In this document: positions 30,808-40,505 of the stretch, in pieces | Numbering within the stretch: the first letter of the stretch is position 1 | How the letters are laid out: every line of letters begins with the position of its first letter | Source: a candidate division WOR-3 bacterium | GTDB lineage: Bacteria > Hydrothermota > Hydrothermia > JBDRYB01 | NCBI GenBank assembly: GCA_039803205.1 | Contig: JBDRYB010000002.1 | Coordinates: 1-64,000 of the forward strand | Direction: 5' to 3' | DNA length: 64,000 nt | Translations under genes and position numbers: made by a program | The notes under the pieces: model-generated | The model's input: the letters and a program-made list of their open reading frames with translations, nothing else | What the model was told of the DNA's origin: nothing | Databases searched by the model: none

Positions 30808-31827
30808 GTGGAAAGGATAGCAGTTCTTGGAGCAGGAAGCTGGGGCCTTACCCTTGCCAAGCATCTTTTCGGAAAGGGCCACCGGATCTCGCTGTGGGAT
30901 GCTTTTCCTGAGAGGATCGCTGACCTGGCCGAAAAAAGGTCTGACGAGGTTCGGTTACCCGGAGTGCGGATACCCGAGGGGATAGCCCTTTTCAAGGAGA
31001 TCGGTGAAGCCCTGGAGCACGCGGATGTCTGCGTTGTGGCTGTTCCTTCTCATGGGTTCAGGGAAACACTGAGGTCTGCCCTGCCGTATCTGCCAGAGAG
31101 GGTAGTCTCAGCGACAAAGGGCCTTGAGCTAGGGACAGGGAAGACCATGTCCCAGATAGCCAAGGATGAGATTCCCGATAGAGTTTACGCGGTTCTCACA
31201 GGCCCATCCATAGCCAGGGAAGTGGTGAGAGGCCTTCCCGCTTCGGTGGTGGTTGCCTCGGATGACAACGGTTTCGCCCGTGAGATTCAGAGGCTGTTTT
31301 CCACAGAGAGCTTCAGGGTGTATACCGGTTCCGATGTCCTGGGGGCTGAGTTGGGCGGAGCCCTCAAGAATGTCATAGCTCTTGCTTGCGGAATGTCCGA
31401 TGGTATGGGCCTCGGCTACAACGCCAAGAGCGCTCTGGTGACGAGGGGCTTGGCGGAGCTTATGCGTCTTTCGGTTAGACTTGGCGCCAAACCTGAGACC
31501 CTCTCCGGCCTCGCTGGGATGGGGGACCTGGTCGTTACGGCGTTTTCTCCGGATTCAAGAAACAGGACGCTCGGCGAGAGGATAGGCCGTGGCAAGGAGC
31601 CGAAAGAGGCCCTCGCATCCATGGTTGAGGTAGCTGAGGGCGTGAACACGGCTTCTGCCGCGAGGGCGATAGCAAGGGACATGGGGGTTGAGACCCCAAT
31701 AACCGAGGCTGTGGACCTCATAATGAAAGGAAAGATGAAGCCAAAGGATGCTCTCAGGGGCCTGATGGCCAGGCCCCTTAAGGAGGAATTCTACGGTTTA
31801 AAGGAGGCAATATCAGATGACAGATGA
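30808..31827 (+). CDS. gpsA: NAD(P)H-dependent glycerol-3-phosphate dehydrogenase
   Basis: GAGSWG, ATKGLE, GGALKNVIA, GMGDLVVT, SRN. Confidence 0.95.
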   Translation: MERIAVLGAGSWGLTLAKHLFGKGHRISLWDAFPERIADLAEKRSDEVRLPGVRIPEGIALFKEIGEALEHADVCVVAVPSHGFRETLRSALPYLPERVVSATKGLELGTGKTMSQIAKDEIPDRVYAVLTGPSIAREVVRGLPASVVVASDDNGFAREIQRLFSTESFRVYTGSDVLGAELGGALKNVIALACGMSDGMGLGYNAKSALVTRGLAELMRLSVRLGAKPETLSGLAGMGDLVVTAFSPDSRNRTLGERIGRGKEPKEALASMVEVAEGVNTASAARAIARDMGVETPITEAVDLIMKGKMKPKDALRGLMARPLKEEFYGLKEAISDDR

Positions 31828-32464
31828 GAAAAAGCCAAAGATAAAAATAGCGGGTATGAGCATAGAGGCCAAGGGCCCAATAGGAAAGAAAGAGGAGGCC
31901 GAAGCAGAAAAGCCCACGGAGAGAAAGATCCCGGATATAACGGCAAAGGATGTCGCGGCCAGAGAGTTCACCCCAAGGGTGAAGGGATATGATCCCCAGG
32001 AGGTGAAGGAATTCCTGGAGGCTGTAGCGGTGAAGATGGCCGCGCTGGAGGAGGAGCTTAGGACACTTTCCGCTTCCGGAGGCGCGGGTAGCGCTGAGCT
32101 GGCCGCTGAGGTCTCCTCGCTGAGGGCCAGGGTCTCTGAGCTTGAGAAGGAGAACGCTGAGCTAAGGGACAAGGTTTCAAAGGGGATGAGCGCGGGTGAG
32201 GCATCGGACATGGCCGCGAAGATCATCAAGCACGCGGAGGAGCTCGCCGAGAAGATAAAGCTAGAGGCAGAGGAAGAGGCAAAAGGCAGGCTCAGGGAGG
32301 TTGAGCTGGAACTGTCCGGACGCAGGAAGGAGCTGGAAGCCGAGCTGGAGAGCCTCAGGAACGAGACCGAGCGCCTCTCTCACCTGAAGGATGACTTCAT
32401 AGCCCGCGTGGAGCAGACCCTCCGCGAGTTCAACGACATAATAACGAGATACAAGGCCAAATAA
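31817..32464 (+). CDS. DivIVA-domain coiled-coil protein
   Basis: ITAKDVAAREFTPRVKGYDPQEVKEFL followed by a coiled coil. Confidence 0.85.
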   Translation: MTDEKKPKIKIAGMSIEAKGPIGKKEEAEAEKPTERKIPDITAKDVAAREFTPRVKGYDPQEVKEFLEAVAVKMAALEEELRTLSASGGAGSAELAAEVSSLRARVSELEKENAELRDKVSKGMSAGEASDMAAKIIKHAEELAEKIKLEAEEEAKGRLREVELELSGRRKELEAELESLRNETERLSHLKDDFIARVEQTLREFNDIITRYKAK

Positions 32465-32465
32465 C

Positions 32466-33203
32466 ATGCCCTTGGTTCTGGCCGGGTTTCTCCTCGGACA
32501 GAAACCCACCCTCATCCTCGGAGACAGCCTTGAGATAGCTGGGTTCCAGGTAAAGGTCTATTCCCTGGCCCTCGGGGAGAGCGATGAGGCCGATGTTATA
32601 GGTACTAGGCTCTTTATTATCAAGGGAGCTGATACCCTTCTCAGCATTGGGGATGATGAGTGGCCCTTCCTATTCCTTGACAAGGACACCGGCGAGGACA
32701 TAGACGGGGACGGAAATCCTGATGTCGTGGTTGTGATGGCAGGAGAGGATAGGATAAAGCTGGTCGCATACTCTCTTGATACGGCTGGCCCAAAAGAGGT
32801 TCGTTTCTCCATACCCGGTTGGGCAGAGATATTCTCATACGAGGATGTTAACGGAGATGAGGTCCCTGAACTCCTGGTCGCGGATACGAGGATCAGGGGG
32901 TTTGAAGGGCTTGAGGTGCCACAGGTCATAGTGGCTCTCAGAAAGACACGGGGCGGCTATTGGGAGGAGTTCCCTGAGGCCTACAACGATTATTATACTG
33001 CCAAGCTTGAGGCGCTCCTAACGAAGATGAGGATGGAGGCCAACCCCTTCAAGAAGAGGGCATATGCCACTGCTTATTCCGCTTACCTATTTCACATGGG
33101 GAAAACCCAGGAGGCCTGGGACGAGTTTCTGAGGCTAACCGAGGGCGACGAAACCCTTCTCATGAAGTTCAAGGAGCGCATGCTGTTCTGGGAGGAAAAA
33201 TGA
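32466..33203 (+). CDS. Hypothetical exported protein with two DxDGD Ca-binding-like motifs
   Basis: DIDGDGNPD and DVNGDEVPE; operon-coupled. Confidence 0.65.
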   Translation: MPLVLAGFLLGQKPTLILGDSLEIAGFQVKVYSLALGESDEADVIGTRLFIIKGADTLLSIGDDEWPFLFLDKDTGEDIDGDGNPDVVVVMAGEDRIKLVAYSLDTAGPKEVRFSIPGWAEIFSYEDVNGDEVPELLVADTRIRGFEGLEVPQVIVALRKTRGGYWEEFPEAYNDYYTAKLEALLTKMRMEANPFKKRAYATAYSAYLFHMGKTQEAWDEFLRLTEGDETLLMKFKERMLFWEEK

Positions 33204-33712
33204 CAGCCTTCTTCTTTCTCAGACCATACATAGGGCTTATGGCTGGACTCGCTCAGGCCTCAGATGGGAGTGGAATGGGCATGGGGATTGAGGGAGGGCT
33301 TTGGGCTGGCAATCCGAGGGCCCGTCTCACGCTTATGGTCTCCTATTCAAAGCTCTCGGTGGAGGGAAGCTTTGATACCACTGCCACCCCAGCCGGAGGT
33401 GGAGATCAGGGCCCCAGTGAGGTTCCAGCAACCCGTTCCCTGGACGCCATTGATCTGGCTCTTGGGCCCTCCATATGTATCGGGCGATCCGAGATAGGGC
33501 TGCGCTTTGGGTCTTCCCTTCACACGGGCGAGAGGGTCTCGGACGACGCTGGCTACACCCTCAAGGAGTATCCGAGCACCTGGAGTTTCCTTTGGGGCGG
33601 GGGTTTCGGTTGGAACTGGGATAAGTTCGGGCTTTGGTTTTTTGCTGATCAGCACACGGGGCGCCGGGGCCTGTGGGTCTTTGGGGCGAAGGCAAGGCTT
33701 TTCCCGTTATGA
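33200..33712 (+). CDS. Hypothetical small beta-barrel-like protein
   Basis: ATGA overlap; Gly/aromatic alternating strands. Confidence 0.55.
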   Translation: MTAFFFLRPYIGLMAGLAQASDGSGMGMGIEGGLWAGNPRARLTLMVSYSKLSVEGSFDTTATPAGGGDQGPSEVPATRSLDAIDLALGPSICIGRSEIGLRFGSSLHTGERVSDDAGYTLKEYPSTWSFLWGGGFGWNWDKFGLWFFADQHTGRRGLWVFGAKARLFPL

Positions 33713-33725
33713 AAAGGAGCGAAAA

Positions 33726-34106
33726 ATGGAGATAGACCCTAAGGTCATAGAGGAAGGTAAAGGCCTGGCTTGGTTATCCTATCTGGGCATCCTGTTTCTG
33801 GTGCCGTTGTTCGTCCAGAGGACGAATCCCTATTCTATGTTCCATGTGAGGCAGGGCATGGTGCTTTTTGGGCTCTGGATCGTTGGCTTCATCGTAGGCC
33901 TCTTGGAACTGGTCCTGCACGCCGTCGTATCAATATTTGACATTCCATATGCTACCTGCTGTGTTGATGGCGGCCTCGGGCTCATCCAGATAGCAATCTA
34001 CATCATCGCGCTGGTTCTCTCCATAATGGGTATTATTAAAGCGCTCTCGGGCGAGCTCTGGAGAATGCCTGTCCTTGGCGGAATAGCTGAAAAGATAAAC
34101 CTGTGA
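33726..34106 (+). CDS. DUF4870-like membrane protein
   Basis: LAWLSYLGILFLVPL, FHVRQG, GELWRMPVLG; SD AAGGAG. Confidence 0.75.
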   Translation: MEIDPKVIEEGKGLAWLSYLGILFLVPLFVQRTNPYSMFHVRQGMVLFGLWIVGFIVGLLELVLHAVVSIFDIPYATCCVDGGLGLIQIAIYIIALVLSIMGIIKALSGELWRMPVLGGIAEKINL

Positions 34107-34154
34107 AAATGGCCGCTCGCTTTCAACTGCTCGTAGGAAACAAGAAATAGACCC

Positions 34155-35423
34155 ATGCCTTTTACCGTTATAGTTGGACTTCAGTGGGGAGATGAGGGAA
34201 AGGGCAAGATAGCCGATTACCTATCCGGAGAGTTCGGGATAGTCGCGCGTTTCCAGGGTGGAGCGAACGCTGGGCACACGGTCAACATAGGGAAAAAGAG
34301 CTACATAATGCACATCTTGCCCACGGGCCTCCTTCGTCAGGGAACCAAAGGTGGGGTAGGGGCTGGCGTCGTGATAGACCTTGAGACCCTCAGGGATGAG
34401 ATAAAGGTCGTTGAGAAGGCTTCTGGCCCCCTGAAGGATAGGCTCATAATTGACGAGAGGGCCCAGATAGTTCTTCCGTTTCACAAAATAGAGGACGCTC
34501 AGATTGAGGAATCCAGAAAGAACCTGAGGATAGGCACGACCCAGAGGGGAATAGGCCCGTCATACAGGGACAGGTACGCGAGATACGGGGTGAGGGTTGG
34601 GCTTCTCAGGGACGAGGGGCTTCTCGCAGAGGCAATAGAGCGAGCGCTTTCCTTCAATAACCCCATTCTTGAGAGCATGTTCGGGGTCAAGCCCATGTCC
34701 AGGGACGAGATCATGGATTGGATCATGCCTCTGAGGGACTATGTTCTGCCATATCTCGGGGATCTTTCCGCTTTTCTGTGGAGAAATAGGGACCAGAAGA
34801 TCCTCCTTGAGGGCGCGCAGGGAACCCTTCTGGATGTTGATTTTGGAACCTATCCTTATGTTACATCCTCTCACTGTATAGCGGGCGCGGCATCAGTTGG
34901 CCTCGGGATCCCTCCATATTGGCTGGAGAATGTCATAGGCGTGACAAAGGCATACACCACGAGGGTAGGAGAAGGGCCCTTCCCAACCGAGATGGATGAG
35001 GCCCTCAGCGCTGAAATAAGGAATAAGGGCTCTGAGTTCGGCGCGTCCACCGGAAGGCCGAGAAGGTGTGGGTGGCTTGACCTGCCAGCCCTGCGTTATG
35101 CGATTCGCCTGAACGGCGTCAAGGAGATAATGATGACGAAGCTGGATGTGCTCTCCGGATTGCCTGAGGTCCTGGTTGCTGTGGCATACGAGACTCCAGC
35201 AGGCAAGACCAGGGATTTCCCCATTTATGGCCTCGAATCCGTCAAGCCAGTGTATAAGTCAATGAAGGGCTGGGGCACATTTACCGGCGAGAGGATTCCG
35301 CACGCGGCTTTGGAGTTCATAAAGCTCGTTGAGGAGGAGGTCGGGGTCCCTATCACCCTTCTCTCATACGGGGGGGACAGGGCAGAGGTGATAAGGCGAA
35401 GGATTATCAGCGAGGAATTCTGA
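34155..35423 (+). CDS. purA: Adenylosuccinate synthetase
   Basis: QWGDEGKGK, GGANAGHT, EGAQG, TGRPRRCGWLD. Confidence 0.98.
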   Translation: MPFTVIVGLQWGDEGKGKIADYLSGEFGIVARFQGGANAGHTVNIGKKSYIMHILPTGLLRQGTKGGVGAGVVIDLETLRDEIKVVEKASGPLKDRLIIDERAQIVLPFHKIEDAQIEESRKNLRIGTTQRGIGPSYRDRYARYGVRVGLLRDEGLLAEAIERALSFNNPILESMFGVKPMSRDEIMDWIMPLRDYVLPYLGDLSAFLWRNRDQKILLEGAQGTLLDVDFGTYPYVTSSHCIAGAASVGLGIPPYWLENVIGVTKAYTTRVGEGPFPTEMDEALSAEIRNKGSEFGASTGRPRRCGWLDLPALRYAIRLNGVKEIMMTKLDVLSGLPEVLVAVAYETPAGKTRDFPIYGLESVKPVYKSMKGWGTFTGERIPHAALEFIKLVEEEVGVPITLLSYGGDRAEVIRRRIISEEF

Positions 35424-35505
35424 ACCTCATGATGCCATATTCAGGCTCGCACCAGGAATAGAACGCGTAATAGCTCTCGTTGTCATCGCCGCAGGTTGAT
35501 ACAAT
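35407..35505 (-). pseudogene. Displaced 3' end of the gene interrupted at 20007
   Basis: Junction ATTGT matches ATTGA at 20003-20007; joined frames stay open. Confidence 0.5.
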
Positions 35506-36240
35506 ATCAACTTTGACACTAAAACCCTGATCTTCGGGTATCTTATTCTCTGAGTTCCGCGTAAAATCAGGGTTTGGTTTCTGAGGAGGGTTGATTTCGG
35601 TTAAAAACATGGTGCCAACATTATCTTTTAACCAGGGATATTTTCAAGTTGCAAGAGAAGCTCAGGGAGGAATACCTCATAGAGGGCTCTGAGAGCCTCG
35701 AGCTCCATCACCTATACAGAGCCCTTGATGACCTCAGAAGAAGGTTTGGGATAAAGAGGGCAGTGTTTGTCTGCGACAGGGGCATGGTATCAGAGGCCAA
35801 CCTGAGGCTCATGGATGAGGCTGGTTATGACTACATAATAGGATTTAGGATGGCATCTCATCCTGCCAGAAAGGCCCTCTCAAGGCAAGGTAGATACCAC
35901 AGGATAGAGAGGGAAGGTAAGTCAGAGCTCTGGGTAAAGGAGGCGGTAGTTGATGGCGAACGCTACATAATATGCTACAACCCTGATGAGGCTGAGAGGG
36001 AGGAGATAGAAACCAACCCAAAAGCCCTGATAAGAAACAGGGGATAAAGGAAGGGCCTCCTTGAGATAGACCAGGCTAAGGTCTCAGAGGCCGAGAGGTA
36101 TGATGGCAAGTATGTCATAAGGGTAAGCGATCCTCGTTTGACAACCGAAACAGCCGCCCTCGCTTACCGTGAGCCTCAGCGACCATGGTGCCAACTCCTT
36201 GGGGCGTGATCTGCTGAGAGAATTAGGTGTCAAAGTTGGG
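35506..36240 (+). mobile_element. Non-autonomous IS1634-family derivative, copy 2 (735 bp)
   Basis: Reverse complement of 20008-20742 with a handful of substitutions; IRs ATCAACTTTGACAC / GTGTCAAAGTTGGG. Confidence 0.9.
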
Positions 36241-36410
36241 CTAAGGTAATGAGGGCGATAACAGGAAGGAATGTCTCTCCCTCAGGGGTCTACAAGCGCC
36301 TACTCATGCTCGGTTTGACCTTGAGTTCCTACCGGATGAGACATTCAGGAACATCCTCGAGGAGGTTTTGGCCTTCCCTTACCTTCCTTCTGATTTCTCT
36401 TTTAACATGA
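36241..36410 (+). pseudogene. 3' half of the split HTH gene
   Basis: AKVMRAITGRNVSPSGVYKRLLMLG continues the 20842-20743 fragment. Confidence 0.55.
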
Positions 36411-36444
36411 CCATAATTTAAACTCCTAGTCTGGGGAGTGGCCC

Positions 36445-37884
36445 CTAGGGTGCCCGGGAATCCGGATGGTTCTGGAGCTCCTCAAGCCTGAGAGCCGCGA
36501 TGAACATGGTCTCTTCGCCCATGTAAGGCGCTGATATGTGGATTCCGGGCCTGAATCCGTGGGAGTCCGGATGGCCCGGAACGCTTATCCCTGGAATCCC
36601 AGCGAGGTTCGCGGCCGCTGTCAATGTATCCATAAGGTAGACAGCGAGGGGATCGGCAAGGCTTTCCCCTTTCTTGACTGGCGGAACGGGAAAAGTTGGG
36701 GATAGGATCACATCAACCTCCTTAAAGGCATCGTCATAATCCCTCCTGATGAGGCGTCTCACCTTTTGCGCCCTCAGGAAATACTTGTCCTGGTATCCCG
36801 CTGAGAGCACAAAAGCCCCCGCGGCTATCCTTCGTTTAACCTCGGGCCCGAAGCCCTCTGACCTGGTTTTGACATAAATTTCCTCAAGGCTACTGGTTCC
36901 CTCGGCTCTGAAGCCATACCTGATCCCGTCAAACCTGGCAAGGTTTGATGAGCACTCAGCCGCTACAACTATCTGATAACATGGTATCACATAACGGGTG
37001 TGAGGGAGGGATATTTCCTTAAGGGTATACCCGTCTTTTTCCAGGAGCATAGCCCCCTCCATAACCGCATCAGCTATCTCAGGGTCAGTTCCCTGGCCGA
37101 AGTATTCCCTGGGAAGCCCAACTCGGAGCTTGGTTTCCCTGTGGAGCCGGATGATCTCTTGTTCGGATGGCAAGGGCATTCGCGAGGTCGTTGAGTCCAT
37201 GGGATCGTATCCTCCCATAACGAGGAAGACTCTCAGACTATCCCGAACCGAGCGTGAGATAACCCCTATCTGGTCAAGGGATGAAGCGAAGGCAATCAGT
37301 CCATAGCGGGACACCCTCCCGTATGAGGGTTTGAAGCCAACAACCCCGCACCAGGCACCCGGTTGGCGGACAGAGCCCCCGGTGTCAGAACCCAAAGCAA
37401 AGGGAACGAGGCCAGCGCCAACAGCAGCGGCAGAGCCTGAGGATGTGCCTCCCGGAACATGGTCCTTGTTCAGCGGGTTTGATGTGGGCCCGAAATAGGA
37501 ATACTCTCCCGTAGAACCCATAGCGAACTCGTCCATGTTCGTCTTGCCCACGATGATGGCGCCGGCTTCCAGAACCCTCCTCAGCGCTGTGGCCGTGTAT
37601 GGTGGCCTGTATCCGAGGAGAATCCTGGAAGCGCATGTGGTCTCGTGGTCCTGATAGCAGATGTTGTCCTTCACGCCGAACGGGATCCCCCACAAAGGAG
37701 GCATGGGTTCCGGAGGCTTGCCGAGGGCGTTTGCCTGCTCTTCGGCCTCATCAAGAAAGAGATTTATGAAAGCGTTTAGCTCCGGTTCCTCTGCCTCAAT
37801 CCTCTCCCTCGTGATGGCTATGAGCTCAGCCGGGCTAAGCTCTCCACGAGCATAAAGCTCGTGTATCTCCTCAATAGTATTCAT
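36445..37884 (-). CDS. gatA: Asp/Glu-tRNA amidotransferase subunit A
   Basis: GKTNMDEFAMGS, GSDTGGSVRQP, SSNLARFDGIRYG, GFGPEVKRRI. Confidence 0.95.
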   Translation of the reverse strand: MNTIEEIHELYARGELSPAELIAITRERIEAEEPELNAFINLFLDEAEEQANALGKPPEPMPPLWGIPFGVKDNICYQDHETTCASRILLGYRPPYTATALRRVLEAGAIIVGKTNMDEFAMGSTGEYSYFGPTSNPLNKDHVPGGTSSGSAAAVGAGLVPFALGSDTGGSVRQPGAWCGVVGFKPSYGRVSRYGLIAFASSLDQIGVISRSVRDSLRVFLVMGGYDPMDSTTSRMPLPSEQEIIRLHRETKLRVGLPREYFGQGTDPEIADAVMEGAMLLEKDGYTLKEISLPHTRYVIPCYQIVVAAECSSNLARFDGIRYGFRAEGTSSLEEIYVKTRSEGFGPEVKRRIAAGAFVLSAGYQDKYFLRAQKVRRLIRRDYDDAFKEVDVILSPTFPVPPVKKGESLADPLAVYLMDTLTAAANLAGIPGISVPGHPDSHGFRPGIHISAPYMGEETMFIAALRLEELQNHPDSRAP

Positions 37885-38416
37885 GAAACTCAGAGCTCCT
37901 CTCGTATCCCATCAGAAAGGCCTTGTGGTTTGGCTCAATGAACCGGGGCGAGACATCCTCGGAAAGGGCCGCGCGGGCGGAATCAGGGTCAGCAGTTCCA
38001 GTGATCCCAGCGATGAACCCTATGACCATCATGTTAGCCATTACCGGGTTGCCGAGGTGCTCATTCGTAAGAATCGTAAAAGGAAAGCGCAGGACCTTGG
38101 CCCTGTGATCTGCTTTCAGTTCTATGAAATCCCCGTCAAGCAGGATGAGTCTGTCAGGCTCGTGGGGAAGGATGTATTTTTCATAAGAGGCCTGGTCAAA
38201 GGCGAAGCTCAACTCAGGTGTTTCCGGAAACGGAAAATCAATGGGCTCTCCCGAAATGACTATCTCGGCCGCAGTGAGGCCTCCCCTGACCTCTGCTCCG
38301 TATATCGCGCCGTATGAGGCAAACCTTCCGGATTTCGCGGCCGCCTTTGCCAGAACGGCCCCAGCTAGAATAACCCCGCGCCCTCCGGATCCAGCCATGA
38401 GTATTTCGGTTCTCAT
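37871..38416 (-). CDS. korC: 2-oxoacid:ferredoxin oxidoreductase gamma subunit
   Basis: AGSGGRGVILAG, YGAEVRGG, ANMMVIG. Confidence 0.85.
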   Translation of the reverse strand: MRTEILMAGSGGRGVILAGAVLAKAAAKSGRFASYGAIYGAEVRGGLTAAEIVISGEPIDFPFPETPELSFAFDQASYEKYILPHEPDRLILLDGDFIELKADHRAKVLRFPFTILTNEHLGNPVMANMMVIGFIAGITGTADPDSARAALSEDVSPRFIEPNHKAFLMGYERSSEFHEYY

Positions 38417-38419
38417 TTC

Positions 38420-38878
38420 TCAGTCAGTCTTCTCTATGTAAAATCTAAAATCCTTCTCCCACCAACCCTTTGGCCCATCGCGCTTGCTCAGCCTGAACAT
38501 CAGGACAGGGCAGGAGATCATCTGCGCGGCCGCTTCCCCAGGGGGCATCTCCTTGACCCTCAGCCGGAGCATGGGTTTTTTACCTTCTGTGAGAAAGAGC
38601 CCTTTCAGCTCAAACCTGAAACCGAGGGTGGGTCTCATCCCAGGGAAATACGCGAGAACAAGGGATTCGGTGAAATCCACCTGGGGCCTTGCCGAGGGTT
38701 TGTCCATCATGAAGCCCATAACTTGGCCCCAAAGGCCTCCGAAGGACTCCTCATCCCCGACCACGATGACGGTTTCCCTTTCAAATCCACCAACAGGAGC
38801 CGCATATATCTCCTCAAATCCAAGGGCATATTCGTGAGCGCCTCCTGCGCAGAGAAGCGCGTAAGCTAAGGTTGTCAT
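38420..38878 (-). CDS. PrcB C-terminal-like exported protein (paralogue 4)
   Basis: PQVDFTESLVLAYFPGMRPTLGF, AQMISCP. Confidence 0.7.
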   Translation of the reverse strand: MTTLAYALLCAGGAHEYALGFEEIYAAPVGGFERETVIVVGDEESFGGLWGQVMGFMMDKPSARPQVDFTESLVLAYFPGMRPTLGFRFELKGLFLTEGKKPMLRLRVKEMPPGEAAAQMISCPVLMFRLSKRDGPKGWWEKDFRFYIEKTD

Positions 38879-39336
38879 TCCTTCTTAACCTCCACCTTGC
38901 AGTTCTCCCACCAACCAGCAGGCAAGTAGGAGATGTTCTTGCGTATCTTAACTATGACAACTGGTTTTATGTAGCTCCCGTCCCAGGCTCCGTGCCTGTA
39001 GAGGAGCTTGAAGACCAAGAATAGGGTCGTGTCCGGCTGGCCGCGGTAGCGCAGGAACACATTATTGAGCTGGTAGTCGTAGCCAGGGGTGGGTAGTTCG
39101 CCCGGGAACCAAACCACCATCGCGAACGAATCGGGATCCAGCTCTGGCATGGGCGTTTCCCAGCCAGCTGTTACCTCAGCCCAAAGCCTAAAGAAGGCAT
39201 CAGCGCCCTTGAGCACGAAAGCACTCTCTTTGTCCATCCCCCCGGAATCAGACGCGTATATGACCTCGTATTCCCCCGGAAGCAAGCCCTGATCAGCTGG
39301 CATCACGCTCATTATTGCTATGGCTATCTCTGGCAT
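38875..39336 (-). CDS. PrcB C-terminal-like protein (paralogue 3)
   Basis: PELDPDSFAMVVWFPGELPTPGY, KPVVIVKI. Confidence 0.65.
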   Translation of the reverse strand: MPEIAIAIMSVMPADQGLLPGEYEVIYASDSGGMDKESAFVLKGADAFFRLWAEVTAGWETPMPELDPDSFAMVVWFPGELPTPGYDYQLNNVFLRYRGQPDTTLFLVFKLLYRHGAWDGSYIKPVVIVKIRKNISYLPAGWWENCKVEVKKE

Positions 39337-39878
39337 CTTATCAGCGAAAGCCCTATGGTCCTCACCTTATCCGCAGGAACCTCAATTATCACATATGGGC
39401 TTGTTATCACTTGAGCGAGCATAGCGCCCTTTGGCGGACACTTCTCCTTTGCCACGAGAACCGCGTCCCCCACATCATCTATGGGATAGACCGGAACAGC
39501 GGCCGAATCAAGTCCATCCAGTGCCAAAAGTGGATTTACCTCCCATTCCCAGACGCTCTGCCCGTCAACCCCGGCCTCGTTGTAGAATACGGAGTATATG
39601 GCGCATGGTTCAATCCCATAACCAGCGGTTGGCCTCTTGCCCAGGAAGGCCATAATCAGTATGGCATCCTGGAAATCCGGCATGATGTTCATCTTCTCGG
39701 ATATGCCGAAATCGGAAACGGCCTTCAGGAGCTCGTCGCTGTTACGGCACACGATCACTGTTTCCCTCTCAGCCTTGCAGAAAGGCCCTGCCAAAATCAC
39801 ACTGAAATTCACCTTCTCAACGCCAGGGGGCCCAGCGTTTGAGAAAACAAAAAGGGTAAAAAAGGTTATCATGGTCAT
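39324..39878 (-). CDS. PrcB C-terminal-like exported protein (paralogue 2)
   Basis: PDFQDAILIMAFLGKRPTAGYGI, AQVITSPYVIIEV. Confidence 0.75.
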   Translation of the reverse strand: MTMITFFTLFVFSNAGPPGVEKVNFSVILAGPFCKAERETVIVCRNSDELLKAVSDFGISEKMNIMPDFQDAILIMAFLGKRPTAGYGIEPCAIYSVFYNEAGVDGQSVWEWEVNPLLALDGLDSAAVPVYPIDDVGDAVLVAKEKCPPKGAMLAQVITSPYVIIEVPADKVRTIGLSLIRCQR

Positions 39879-40420
39879 TGCGAACACCTCACGAACCTCA
39901 CATGAACCTCTCGTAGCTTGTGATCCGGAACAGCAAGGATGATATATGGGCTTGTTATCATCTGTATAACCATGGCGCCCTCAGGCGGACATGTTTCTTT
40001 TATCACAACAACGGCGTCCCCCGGCCTGTCTATTGGCGCTGTAGGAACGCTCGCTGGGTCTATGCCGTCCCCCTCCAAGAGCGGCACTATCGCCATATCC
40101 CAAACCATCTCCCAGCTGACACGGGCCGCGTTGTAATCAACCCTGTAAACTCCGACCGGATCCAGGCCATAGCCACCGGTTCTCCTTTGGCCGAGGAAAG
40201 CAATAATGACAGCGCCCTTACCTAGTCCAGAAGGCCAGCCGAAATCCTCATTTATCCCCATATCCTTGAGCGCTTTCTTGAGCTGTTTCTCGTTCCTGCA
40301 AAGACAGAGGGTTTCGGATTTGGCAGAAGAGACCATGCCCCAGCCCACAACCGAGAATCCTATCCTCTCAGCGCTAGGAGGGCCGGGATTAGCTATCAGC
40401 AGGCTTAATACCAAGCTCAT
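39875..40420 (-). CDS. PrcB C-terminal-like exported protein (paralogue 1)
   Basis: AVIIAFLGQRRTGGYGL, IQMITSPYIILAV. Confidence 0.75.
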   Translation of the reverse strand: MSLVLSLLIANPGPPSAERIGFSVVGWGMVSSAKSETLCLCRNEKQLKKALKDMGINEDFGWPSGLGKGAVIIAFLGQRRTGGYGLDPVGVYRVDYNAARVSWEMVWDMAIVPLLEGDGIDPASVPTAPIDRPGDAVVVIKETCPPEGAMVIQMITSPYIILAVPDHKLREVHVRFVRCSQ

Positions 40421-40505
40421 TTCTCAACTTCTCTTTGACCCCTTTCGCGGCATTTCTGTTCCCCTTGATGTGCTTTGACGATCCTGAACATGGCTCTCGC
40501 GCGCA

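Noticed and set aside
20008..36240. Composite transposon carrying the 14.8-kb segment
   Set aside because: Outer flanks (ATTGA, CTAAG) do not match, the cargo is core housekeeping, and the crosswise matches fit an inversion better.
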